Shown: one piece after another, positions 48,086 through 57,278 of the stretch
Position numbering within the stretch: the stretch's first letter is position 1
How the letters are laid out: the number at the start of each line of letters is the position of its first letter
Assembly: GCA_903870015.1 (NCBI GenBank)
Contig: CAIQBE010000042.1
Span: 27,443 to 91,442 of the forward strand
Origin: an uncultured Thiotrichales bacterium
Lineage (GTDB): Bacteria; Pseudomonadota; Gammaproteobacteria; Francisellales; CACEW01
Direction of reading: 5' to 3'
DNA length: 64,000 nt
Notes under the pieces: generated by a model
What the model was told of the DNA's origin: nothing
The model's input: only the letters and a program-made list of their open reading frames with translations
Database searches by the model: none
Program-made: the position numbers and the translations under genes

Positions 48086-48820
48086 TTAAAGCCACTCCCG
48101 CTCGCCGTCTCCGTGGGCCAGGCTTGTTCCATAATGGAGTTTTTCCACTCGCTCAATTTCTCTAAATGTTGCCGCAATATCTTCCTGAGCCAGCGCTAGC
48201 GCCTTATCAATGGACATCTGCTTTTCAAACCCATAAAGCTTAACAATTTTCTCTAATCGCTCTTCAATAGACCCTCCAATAATTGTATATTTAATATCAA
48301 GTTCGTTCAAGGTTTTGATAAGCAGCTCATCTGACAGCGCTCTAAATCTTTCAGAAACAGGACGATGCCCATCAGCCACTAAGGGAAACTCAATCGGCAA
48401 ATGAATGAATTCGCTGTAGGTGCTTTTGGCATAATCTCGTGCAATCGCACCAAAATTTACCATCATATCTTCAAAAAATAATACTGAATCTGTTCTTGGA
48501 ATATCAAAGTCCTGCCCTTCTTTAGGATGCATGCCTACACGCACCCGAACCATGCCATAGACCCACTCATGCAAGGCTGAACCATCAGAAACAAAAGTGC
48601 TTAAGTGACTCTCTTTGACAGACCGCTCCATAATGCGCCGTATCGACAAATGCATTAACTCCCCCGGAGAACAGCCTTCAAGTGTTTTGCCAGGCAGTGC
48701 TATGGGCAAGATTTCCCGCATGGTTTTTGCACGTGTTGCGGTAATGCCAACCAAGTGCGACAAGGCCAGTGTTGTTGTCGTTTTCCCACTAGAGTAGGTC
48801 CCTGATATTGCTAATTTCAT
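48086..48820 (-). CDS. P-loop ATPase (AAA_28/NadR-like)
   Basis: 244 aa. Walker A at the extreme N-terminus (ISGTYSSGKTTT). AAGGGA RBS. Confidence 0.65.
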   Translation of the reverse strand: MKLAISGTYSSGKTTTTLALSHLVGITATRAKTMREILPIALPGKTLEGCSPGELMHLSIRRIMERSVKESHLSTFVSDGSALHEWVYGMVRVRVGMHPKEGQDFDIPRTDSVLFFEDMMVNFGAIARDYAKSTYSEFIHLPIEFPLVADGHRPVSERFRALSDELLIKTLNELDIKYTIIGGSIEERLEKIVKLYGFEKQMSIDKALALAQEDIAATFREIERVEKLHYGTSLAHGDGEREWL

Positions 48821-48853
48821 AATGTTTTCCCTTTGTTTGTTAAAAAATAAGTT

Positions 48854-49825
48854 TTAATTAGGCAGCGCATGACCCAGCCCATAAAAAACCCTCATATCAC
48901 CCATAACTCCTTCGATATTGACACACCGCCAAGGAGCTCCCTCTATTAAAATCTGCTCACTTCTTATCACATTTATCGATGCCAATCCCCCATTACTTTT
49001 AGGAGTGTTATCTCTAGAGAAAGTCATCCCTCGCATCCATAATGTAGAACTATTAGCACGTGATATCCCATCTAATAGGTACAAATAACATTGCCCCAAC
49101 TGAGATAGCACTACCATCGCATCAATAGGTGATGCGCCTTGCCCTATTAAGGTCTCCATACCTTGATAGGCTGCACGCTCCGCGAAAGCACTCTCCACCT
49201 TAGCGGTCACTGAAGCGGCATCTAAATCAACATCCACTTCCGTAATGTTATGCGTCACATTCGCAAAACCCGTGCCATAAAAATTATTGGTTGGTTCACC
49301 TAAAATAGTATTGATCGTATCGTAGTGCAGCCCCTCTTTTGGAATGAGGTTTTGATGCTCTCTTAACGTGGGCAATTGCAGCTCGAGCACCACCACCATT
49401 CCACCTATATGACTTTCAAAAGAGACAACCGAACCTTCGGTTGTCAATAAAGTCGTAGTCGCTTTAAAATTCTCTAAATTTTCTAAAGGCTCCTTGCCTG
49501 CTTTCATGGTGAGTGAAACGATAGTGATTGCTTTACGCTTCAATGTCGTAAGCCCGCGTGATATGACACAATAAGCCTCGCTTAATTGCAGGGCAATTAA
49601 TGCTGCATCCACACTACTCAGATGCACTTTTTGATGGGTACTGCCCTTAGTCGACCAATTTTCAGGAATAGCCACACAACACATCGCCTCTGCTCCTGAT
49701 GCAGTTATCATTATTTCTTTGATTGTTCGCACGGCACGTTTATACCCATTAGAAAAAAAACGTGTACTCTTGTCCCCTAAAAAGTCATCAATATTCGCAA
49801 ATTTTGTACGCATCATAGTCCTCAT
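48854..49825 (-). CDS. hypothetical protein of the ACP/KAS III operon
   Basis: 323-aa ORF starting 6 nt after the KAS III gene. No motif I can name. Confidence 0.55.
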   Translation of the reverse strand: MRTMMRTKFANIDDFLGDKSTRFFSNGYKRAVRTIKEIMITASGAEAMCCVAIPENWSTKGSTHQKVHLSSVDAALIALQLSEAYCVISRGLTTLKRKAITIVSLTMKAGKEPLENLENFKATTTLLTTEGSVVSFESHIGGMVVVLELQLPTLREHQNLIPKEGLHYDTINTILGEPTNNFYGTGFANVTHNITEVDVDLDAASVTAKVESAFAERAAYQGMETLIGQGASPIDAMVVLSQLGQCYLYLLDGISRANSSTLWMRGMTFSRDNTPKSNGGLASINVIRSEQILIEGAPWRCVNIEGVMGDMRVFYGLGHALPN

Positions 49826-49831
49826 TAAAAG

Positions 49832-50824
49832 TTATATTTCAGTCACGCCCATTAATCGAGTCTCGCTCAAATTCATTGCCATACTGCCCCACGACAATCC
49901 CACACCAAATCCAGAGAGCACCACTTGCTCTTTGGTTTTGGCTGTAAAACTTTCGCGCTCATGGCATAAAGCCAAGGGAATAGAGGCGGGCCCCGTATTA
50001 CCATAATGCTTGACCGTAATCGGTACCTGCTCTTTACTAAGCGCTAATTTTTTACGTAAATAGTCGAGGATAAACTGATTGGCCTGGTGTAATGCAAAAA
50101 TACCCACTTCCTCTTTAGCCCAACCCATTTGCGCAAGCACGGAATTAATAGATAGAGGGACTTCACGTAAGGCAAACTCCATAATTTCAGAGCCATTCAT
50201 GTGCAGATAAGCATCTCCACCCTCTTTGGTTTTATCAATCATGAGGTGTTGAAAACCCGTGCCATCGGTCATGATATTAAAAGCGATATCATGGGTGCCT
50301 TGCTCTACAATGGTTGCCGCACCCCCATCACCAAATACTAACCGTACCTTTTGATCATCAGGATTAAGGTATTGGCTAATGGTATCGCCTACACAGATCA
50401 GCACCCGCTTGCAGCTGCCCGAATTAATCAATAGTGAAGCTTGATATAACCCATAAATATACCCAGAGCATCCATAATTAATATCAAGAGCAATGGCTGT
50501 TTTTGGGAGCTGCAACTTACCTTGTAAAATACAGCTTGTGGCCGGCATTTTATAATCGGGTGTTTGTGATACAAAAATAATGGCATCGACGGATTCAGGA
50601 GCTATTGCTAATGCTGCCATCAAATTTCGCGCCGCCTCTAGACAAAAATCAGATGCCTTTTGATGCGGTAAGGCAATGCCCACAGATTCAATACCCGTGC
50701 TCATCATGACCCGTTTAATTTCATTTAGACCAAACTTATCTTCAAGCGTTGTTAGATCTAATTTATTTTTAGGTATCACGGCAGAGATGCCTTTAATCGC
50801 CAAATTTTTGAGCCTAATGTTCAT
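49832..50824 (-). CDS. beta-ketoacyl-ACP synthase III (FabH-like)
   Basis: 330 aa. Cys-His-Asn triad contexts: NYGCSGYIYGL, ALHQANQFIL, HYGNTGPASIP. Confidence 0.88.
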   Translation of the reverse strand: MNIRLKNLAIKGISAVIPKNKLDLTTLEDKFGLNEIKRVMMSTGIESVGIALPHQKASDFCLEAARNLMAALAIAPESVDAIIFVSQTPDYKMPATSCILQGKLQLPKTAIALDINYGCSGYIYGLYQASLLINSGSCKRVLICVGDTISQYLNPDDQKVRLVFGDGGAATIVEQGTHDIAFNIMTDGTGFQHLMIDKTKEGGDAYLHMNGSEIMEFALREVPLSINSVLAQMGWAKEEVGIFALHQANQFILDYLRKKLALSKEQVPITVKHYGNTGPASIPLALCHERESFTAKTKEQVVLSGFGVGLSWGSMAMNLSETRLMGVTEI

Positions 50825-51072
50825 CCGTTCAGTCCTTTGGTTGCTAATCTCTGCTTAATGAGGTCAAAAATATCGCCTACTGTTTTACATTGTTCTACCT
50901 CAATTCCCTTCACCATGACTTGATAGTGACGATCAATCACTGCAATCGTTGAAACGATGGAAAGTGAGTCCCAGAGCTGCGCACCCTCAAGTAGAAACCC
51001 ATCCGTTAAGGTGTCAACCTTCACTGCTAACAGCTTTGCTAATTCTTGTAAATATTGTTGCTTTTCCATCAT
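50821..51072 (-). CDS. acyl carrier protein
   Basis: 83 aa with a phosphopantetheine attachment motif (WDSLSIVS). 4-nt overlap with the KAS III gene. Confidence 0.8.
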   Translation of the reverse strand: MMEKQQYLQELAKLLAVKVDTLTDGFLLEGAQLWDSLSIVSTIAVIDRHYQVMVKGIEVEQCKTVGDIFDLIKQRLATKGLNG

Positions 51073-51089
51073 ATACTCCCCTGTTTTAT

Positions 51090-52427
51090 TTATAGATTTC
51101 TCATTTTTTTAAAGCGCTGACCATGAAACGTGTGTTCAACAAATTCTATCTTTTGCGGAATCTTGTATGCGGGTAATTGCGTTCTACAAAAAAATATCAG
51201 CTTGGTTTTAAATTCTCCCGGATCAAAACCGCTTTTTACTCTTACTTTTACCGCAACGATATTTCCTAAAATGGCGTTGGGCTCACCGCTTACGACAGCA
51301 TCTTCAATGCCTTCCATTTTTAATAGCACATTTTCAATCTCACCGGGGTAGACTTTTTCTCCTCCGACATTGATAACATCACTTTTTCGGCCTAAAATTT
51401 TAATGTAGCCATCTTGCTCCATGACCATGTCACCGGTTTTAAACCAACCGTCTTCGGTATAGGGCGATGGCGCATTTAAATAGCCGAGCATGCCATTTTC
51501 CAACTTCACTTCTAACATTCCATCGTTGATCCGCACGCGCTCAGGATCCTCATCTAACTTGATAAATAAAGAATCTGATGCTTTTGATTTAGCCTTTAAA
51601 ACACCGATTTCTGAAAGACCATAAGCCTGAAAAAATCTAACCTCTGGGAAAGCAGCATTTAATCGATGCAGTAATGATTCTGGCATCGGCTCACTGCCAT
51701 AATTAACAATTTTCAATGAATGTAAGTCATACTTTTCATGTGCCTGACTTAATAACAATAAGTTTAAAAATGAGGGCGAGGTCACTAACACCTCAACTTT
51801 TTCCGCCTCAACTACCTTCGCAACTGCATCGGTTTCTCGTACCTCGGGAATAATGAGCGTCCCACCACTAAATAAATTACACAATATGGTATTAAAGCCC
51901 CCGATATGATCAAAGAGTAAAAAAGAAATCGTTCTAAATGCTGTTTTCTTTTCGCGAAAGTTCATGAGCAAGTTATTAAAATCATGGATGATGGCTTTGC
52001 TTTTGCCACTCGATCCCGATGACATGATGATTAGGCCCGGATGATTCTCTTTTCTTAAGCGCATGACTAAATCATGTTGGAGCCGATACTGTAGTGGCTC
52101 AATGGCAAATTGTGCATCATGAAAAGTAACGACATATTCTATGCCCACGATGGCCTGATACTCCTGCTGTTTTGCGGGAACTACATTGGTCATCGGCACA
52201 ATGATGCAGTTAGTATTGGCTAAAGCAAACAACATCGCTACCGAATAAGGTGAAAAATCAGCATTGATTTGGACAATAGCACCGGATGAGATCCCCTGAT
52301 TTTGTAGTGTTGCTTCATACTCAGCTATTTTTTTGCTAAGCCACGCATAAGAAAAGTGCTCTCCCTGGCTCACAATCGCCGTTTTATCAAATTGTTGAAA
52401 TCCTGCGATGAAAGTTTGCACGTTCAT
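51090..52427 (-). CDS. AMP-dependent synthetase/ligase (probably carrier-protein-loading)
   Basis: 445 aa with adenylate-forming motifs IIMSSGSSGKSKAI, YGLSE, FKTGD and a C-terminal GEKVYPGEIE. It is flanked by ACP genes. Confidence 0.85.
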   Translation of the reverse strand: MNVQTFIAGFQQFDKTAIVSQGEHFSYAWLSKKIAEYEATLQNQGISSGAIVQINADFSPYSVAMLFALANTNCIIVPMTNVVPAKQQEYQAIVGIEYVVTFHDAQFAIEPLQYRLQHDLVMRLRKENHPGLIIMSSGSSGKSKAIIHDFNNLLMNFREKKTAFRTISFLLFDHIGGFNTILCNLFSGGTLIIPEVRETDAVAKVVEAEKVEVLVTSPSFLNLLLLSQAHEKYDLHSLKIVNYGSEPMPESLLHRLNAAFPEVRFFQAYGLSEIGVLKAKSKASDSLFIKLDEDPERVRINDGMLEVKLENGMLGYLNAPSPYTEDGWFKTGDMVMEQDGYIKILGRKSDVINVGGEKVYPGEIENVLLKMEGIEDAVVSGEPNAILGNIVAVKVRVKSGFDPGEFKTKLIFFCRTQLPAYKIPQKIEFVEHTFHGQRFKKMRNL

Positions 52428-53128
52428 GAAACTCCTCCCAAATAAATATTTTGACCTGTGACAAAATCACTTTCTTTTTTGATGTAAAAATCAATTGTGT
52501 TGGCCACATCCTCAAAAGTTCCCATTCTTGGGATAGCCTGCCGGCTAATTAATCTCGACATTTTCTCTTTTGGGACCGAACGAATTAAATCCGTTTCAAT
52601 GGGCGTCGGACCGATGGCATTTACGGTAATTCCTAGGGCAGCTAATTCACGCGCCATGACTTCAGTCAAGGATTTAATCCCTGCTTTTGATGCCGCATAA
52701 ATAGCTTCACCCTCTAGCTTTAATGGCGTTGCGACCGTCGTGAAATTGATGATGCGGCCATAACGATGCTTTGACATTAGTTTTGAGGCTTCTCGGCAAA
52801 ACAAAAATGTACCCACAACATTCGTTCCTAAAATGTCATTTACCGTCGATAGTGGTGTGAGCGCGATATGATTCATCGATGCAATGCCCGCATTATTGAT
52901 AAGATTGTCTAATCGCCCATGGGTCTTACGAATATATGAAAAAATTTTCTTCACGGCAGATTCATCGGTCACATCGGCAATGAAATGTTGATATCCGACA
53001 AGCGACCAATCAATATCAGAGCGACTGCAACCAATCACAATGTGCCCTTGCCTCACATAATGCTCGACGAGATAGCGACCAATGCCTTTGCGTGTACCAG
53101 TAATGAGTGTGATGGGCTTCTTAGTCAT
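52424..53128 (-). CDS. short-chain dehydrogenase/reductase (FabG-like)
   Basis: Start at ATG 53128 (MTKKPITLITG). TGxxxGIG cofactor motif (TGTRKGIG), NNAG, and catalytic YAASKAG. Confidence 0.88.
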   Translation of the reverse strand: MTKKPITLITGTRKGIGRYLVEHYVRQGHIVIGCSRSDIDWSLVGYQHFIADVTDESAVKKIFSYIRKTHGRLDNLINNAGIASMNHIALTPLSTVNDILGTNVVGTFLFCREASKLMSKHRYGRIINFTTVATPLKLEGEAIYAASKAGIKSLTEVMARELAALGITVNAIGPTPIETDLIRSVPKEKMSRLISRQAIPRMGTFEDVANTIDFYIKKESDFVTGQNIYLGGVS

Positions 53129-53426
53129 GATGATTGCCCTCAACTAGCGTTTGCAAATAGCTGGATAATGTACCTATGGTTAAGAAGGGGCTATTACGTT
53201 GTGACATGGCTTTTTCATTGGCAAGAATGATCGACACCCCAAACTGATCCTCAATTTTTTGCTCAACATTCACAATCAGTGAAACTAATGAGATAGAATC
53301 TAATACCCCGTGTTTACCATAGATGGGGGCATCACCTCCAAACTCTGTATTTATTGGCGTGTCTAAGGTTTGGTTTAACTCATTAATTGCGTCGATGACG
53401 ACTTGACTATACTCATTGGCTAACAT
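53121..53426 (-). CDS. acyl carrier protein
   Basis: 101 aa with a phosphopantetheine attachment motif (GVLDSISLVS). It is the first gene of the operon. Confidence 0.8.
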   Translation of the reverse strand: MLANEYSQVVIDAINELNQTLDTPINTEFGGDAPIYGKHGVLDSISLVSLIVNVEQKIEDQFGVSIILANEKAMSQRNSPFLTIGTLSSYLQTLVEGNHHD

Positions 53427-53702
53427 GTTTTACGCTCCTTATTATCCTGTTTGTTGTGCGGCAATTTTTTTCTTTGTTTCTTGGTCACTTTTACTCTCCA
53501 GTTGATTATTTTTGGGTTATTGGCCGATTGTCGTCATGATTTTCTCCTGTTTAAAATTAAAGGCTACAGTTAATTATGAGTAAAATATACGAAACAAACG
53601 TGACCATGTCAAGCATTATTTGCATATTATATTCAAATCAATGAGGCAAGCTTGATATTTTGAAACTTTAATGAGATAATTGGGGCACATAAATGCCGAT
53701 AA

Positions 53703-54380
53703 ATGATTATCTTGAACTTAAAAAAATGGACCACTAGTGAAATTTTAAAAAATTTCATGTTTAAGAAAAATCTCAAATCAGCTGAGTTGGCTCGTCTGAC
53801 CGGCCTTCCCCAACCTACTGTCCATCGTATTGTTGAGGGAGATAGCATCCGACCCCATAGAGACTCCTTAGAGGCCCTGGCAAAATTCTTTAATATTACC
53901 GTTCCACAACTCCAAGGCATTGACCCTATTGAAGAACTAGAGGTTACAGTTGCAAACCCCATGCCAGAGGGCTGGCGAAAAATTCCAGTCTATAACTGGG
54001 ATAATGTAGTTAGCTTTGCTAAATCAAATAAAAGTGAAATCCAAACAGGTCGCGCTGAAACCCTTACTAATGCCGACGTTAATGATGCAGGCTTTCTTAT
54101 TGAGCTTACTGATGAATCGATGTACCCACAGTTTCCCGCAGGAACCGAAATCATTGTAAATACTGAATATGAGCCCATGGATCGTGAAATGGTTGTTGTA
54201 TATTTAAAACACCTTGATAAAGCATTTTTCAGAATGATATTATTTAATGGTGCTGAGCGCTTTGTGCGCCCGCTGAACCCTGATCTTATGCCCATTGGTG
54301 TCGTAAAACTTAACTTAGAGGAAGATATTGTTGTTGGCGTTTTTATTGAAGAGCGAAAAAAATCAAGACGTAGTGTATAA
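53703..54380 (+). CDS. XRE-HTH / S24 peptidase-fold repressor (LexA/CI-like)
   Basis: N-terminal HTH (LKSAELARLTGLPQPTVHRIVEG). The C-terminal S24-like fold has DESMYP (Ser region) and ...RPLNPD. The expected Ala-Gly site and catalytic Lys appear substituted. Confidence 0.75.
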   Translation: MIILNLKKWTTSEILKNFMFKKNLKSAELARLTGLPQPTVHRIVEGDSIRPHRDSLEALAKFFNITVPQLQGIDPIEELEVTVANPMPEGWRKIPVYNWDNVVSFAKSNKSEIQTGRAETLTNADVNDAGFLIELTDESMYPQFPAGTEIIVNTEYEPMDREMVVVYLKHLDKAFFRMILFNGAERFVRPLNPDLMPIGVVKLNLEEDIVVGVFIEERKKSRRSV

Positions 54381-54413
54381 TTATTGCAAATAGAAAGACC
54401 GGAGTTCTTACAT

Positions 54414-54902
54414 ATGAAAGATTCAAAAAAAATAAGTGATTACATCAAATGGATGATTGAAGCCTATGCAGAATTACGTGCTGAACAAGCAACGCATGTT
54501 ACTCACCGCGTTGTAGAATCTCATAAAAATGAAAAAGGCGAACATCAAGTTTCAGTTCAAATCACTGGAAAAAGCCTTGTATTTAAAGCATCACCCAAAG
54601 AAATTATGGCCGACGATAACTTATTAGAATCTTTTTCTCGAAAAGATATTCGCTTGCTCACCTACCTTGCCTGCGAGGATATCAAGGAACCCACCCATGA
54701 AATACTAGAGCAAAAATTTATTCGTAATATGAACAAATTTTTCTTTAAACTCAAGCACGGCAAGACCGGCGAAGAAATGGAAAAATCTGCCGAGGAAATT
54801 TCAACCAACCCTGAACTGATTAAATCCCTCAGTCCTGAAGATGCCCATAAGATTGGCTATGTTACTGCAAACCAAATGATCAAGAGCGAAAGCAAAGCAT
54901 GA
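54414..54902 (+). CDS. hypothetical protein
   Basis: 162 aa from ATG 54414 (GGAG RBS). Charged and soluble, with no recognised domain. Its stop overlaps the start of the YhhQ-like gene (ATGA). Confidence 0.5.
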   Translation: MKDSKKISDYIKWMIEAYAELRAEQATHVTHRVVESHKNEKGEHQVSVQITGKSLVFKASPKEIMADDNLLESFSRKDIRLLTYLACEDIKEPTHEILEQKFIRNMNKFFFKLKHGKTGEEMEKSAEEISTNPELIKSLSPEDAHKIGYVTANQMIKSESKA

Positions 54903-55597
54903 TCTCCAAAAAAAATGTGGCTTCTAACACATTTCTCGTCCTTGCAATGCTTTTTCTGGCCCTCATTCTTCTTACCCACACATTTGCAAATAAAGAGTTA
55001 CTCTACCCCCTGGGAGGAATTAGCTCCCCTGGGATGTTGACTTTTCCGCTTGCCTTTATGGTTTTAGATATTATTGCAGAGATCTATGGCTTTCACACCG
55101 CCAAACAAGTTATTTGGGCTACACTTGCAATCAGTGGATTTTTCTTTTTTGCCGGCGCTATGATGGCCTACTTCCCTGACCCAAACAATATTCCCAATTT
55201 GATTCCTGGACAATACTACCAAGCTATTTTTGGAATCTTACCCAGAGTTTATATCGCAACCTTCATTGGCATGCTCCTAGGCTCTACAGTGAATGCAAAA
55301 CTCCTTTCAAAATGGAGAATATTACTAAAAGGTAAATATTTTTGGGCAAGAAGCTTAGGCGCATCTGCAATAGGCGATTTCATCTTTATCTTTGTTGGAA
55401 CTTTTTTAATCTGCCTGGAACGATTTCCATTTTACATAATCTTAAAGTTTTCCCTTACCGCGTACCTCATTGAAATTTGTGCACTCATTATTCTTGCCCC
55501 ATTTGCCAGCATTGTTACCTCCCTAATAAAACTGATACTGAGAGATAAAGCTAGCTCTTTACAGATTGAGTACAACCCTTTCAGTCTTGAAAACTAA
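54899..55597 (+). CDS. YhhQ/VUT-family (queuosine-precursor-type) transporter, paralog A
   Basis: 232 aa with about 6 TM segments. The signature region FPLAFMVLDIIAEIYGFHTAKQVIW resembles YhhQ (DUF165/Vut_1). Confidence 0.7.
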   Translation: MISKKNVASNTFLVLAMLFLALILLTHTFANKELLYPLGGISSPGMLTFPLAFMVLDIIAEIYGFHTAKQVIWATLAISGFFFFAGAMMAYFPDPNNIPNLIPGQYYQAIFGILPRVYIATFIGMLLGSTVNAKLLSKWRILLKGKYFWARSLGASAIGDFIFIFVGTFLICLERFPFYIILKFSLTAYLIEICALIILAPFASIVTSLIKLILRDKASSLQIEYNPFSLEN

Positions 55598-56280
55598 GCT
55601 TTTTGTAAAAAAGGATTGGCAATTTCCTCAGATGCAATAACTCGTGTGCAATCTGTTTTTTTCAGAACAAAAACTACGATATTTGCAGGAAATGACAATA
55701 AGATATTGATAGTGGCTTTCAAAGCAATACCCCAAAAAATCATGGAAACAAGTTCGCCTTGAAATGTAGTCCCATATAGCATAATGGCGAACCCTAAACT
55801 GGTAAAAATAATCTCTCCAATCATCGATGCACCAATACTTCTTAACCAAAAATAGCGTCCTTTCAGCAACACCTTCCACTTTGTCACCAAGCGGATATTT
55901 AAAAAGCCTCCGATAAAAAAACCCACAAAAGTTGCCAAAAATAACTTCAACAATGGCCCAAAAATCATTTCATAATCAGACTCACCGTGCCACGTTAAGG
56001 GCGAAGGAAAATGAATTAAAAGCACTAAAATCAAGGCCACAATAAAATCGACTACCAACATGCAATAAAACATGTTTTTTGCCGCCTTATAACCATATAA
56101 CTCTGCAATGATATCACTTAAGATAAACCAAAATGGCGAGATAAAAGATCCTGCCGATGCCACACTATGACCCATTGAAATAGGCTTATACACAAGCAAT
56201 TCTGCACACAACCCAAGAGCAACATATAACATACTAAAAAACACTAAACACCTAAATTGATTGTCTTTGATCATCACCAA
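55594..56280 (-). CDS. YhhQ/VUT-family transporter, paralog B
   Basis: 228 aa with the same signature (SPFWFILSDIIAELYGYKAAKNMFY). Convergent with paralog A, with a 4-nt overlap. Confidence 0.7.
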   Translation of the reverse strand: MVMIKDNQFRCLVFFSMLYVALGLCAELLVYKPISMGHSVASAGSFISPFWFILSDIIAELYGYKAAKNMFYCMLVVDFIVALILVLLIHFPSPLTWHGESDYEMIFGPLLKLFLATFVGFFIGGFLNIRLVTKWKVLLKGRYFWLRSIGASMIGEIIFTSLGFAIMLYGTTFQGELVSMIFWGIALKATINILLSFPANIVVFVLKKTDCTRVIASEEIANPFLQKA

Positions 56281-56354
56281 CCTAATACGCTCTTTGCAAT
56301 GATTGTAGCGAATATGGTAAAGTTTCTCAACAACGCATCTTTAATGAGTTTTCT

Positions 56355-57278
56355 ATGTCTCATGGCCCCGAGGCCCCTCAGTACCTGCACTCTTATGGTG
56401 ACGCAACCGACCTTGGTGAACTTGAGGTCGAACGGTTACGACTACTTAACACTGCCTATAGCCCAACGGCACATGCGATGCTTGCGCCTCATTTAAAGCC
56501 AGGAATGGAAGTATTAGAGCTAGGTGTGGGGACAGGTGAAATTGGTAGCTGGTTAGCCGAAAAGGTTGGTGCAGAGGGTAAATACATTGCCATAGATAAA
56601 GATCCGCAACAACTAGCAAAAGCAGCGCGCCTCATTCATGGCTCTCAAGTGCACCTTATTGCTGCAGATGCTCTACGCCTCAGCGATTCCGCAGAATTTT
56701 CTGCCCAGCGACCTGCAGAAGGCTTTAATCTTGTCTATTGTCGCTGGTTCCTCTGCCACATTACAGAAGCCCAACGCACAAAATTAATTCAACATATTAT
56801 GTCACTGCTCGCTCCCAACGGTGTATTTATCTGTGAAGAGCCTGACTATCGAAATATGCGCCTGAAGGAAAGAGGCGCCATAACCCCTAGCCCAGCGATA
56901 GATAGCTGGAAAGATATTGTTAAAGGCTTGCAAGCAAAGCCTAGCTTAGGCCTTGATTTAGAAATGGATGATAGCAAATTGACGGCTGAATTACAGAAAG
57001 CCATTTTAGGGCATGCCGGTTATCATGCTGAAATTATCTGTCGGTTTGAGGCCGAATTAACTAATGGCCAGAAACATGCTTTGGTTCTAGGAATACAAAC
57101 TGCTGCCAAAGCAATTCTTTCTCTTGGAAAAGCACCAGCAGATGTTGATACTTTGTTGTCCCAACTTCGAATCATAGAGAGCAATCCCGATCAAAGTGTT
57201 GTATTTTATACTAATACTTTTGCCAAACTAACGAGATCGGTAGACTCGATGACTGCAGCACTCCCCTTACCTACCTAA
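56355..57278 (+). CDS. class I SAM-dependent methyltransferase
   Basis: 307 aa with motif I VLELGVGTGEIG and an acidic post-I residue (AIDKD). Its 3' end overlaps the NRPS 3' end by 12 nt, convergently. Confidence 0.8.
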   Translation: MSHGPEAPQYLHSYGDATDLGELEVERLRLLNTAYSPTAHAMLAPHLKPGMEVLELGVGTGEIGSWLAEKVGAEGKYIAIDKDPQQLAKAARLIHGSQVHLIAADALRLSDSAEFSAQRPAEGFNLVYCRWFLCHITEAQRTKLIQHIMSLLAPNGVFICEEPDYRNMRLKERGAITPSPAIDSWKDIVKGLQAKPSLGLDLEMDDSKLTAELQKAILGHAGYHAEIICRFEAELTNGQKHALVLGIQTAAKAILSLGKAPADVDTLLSQLRIIESNPDQSVVFYTNTFAKLTRSVDSMTAALPLPT

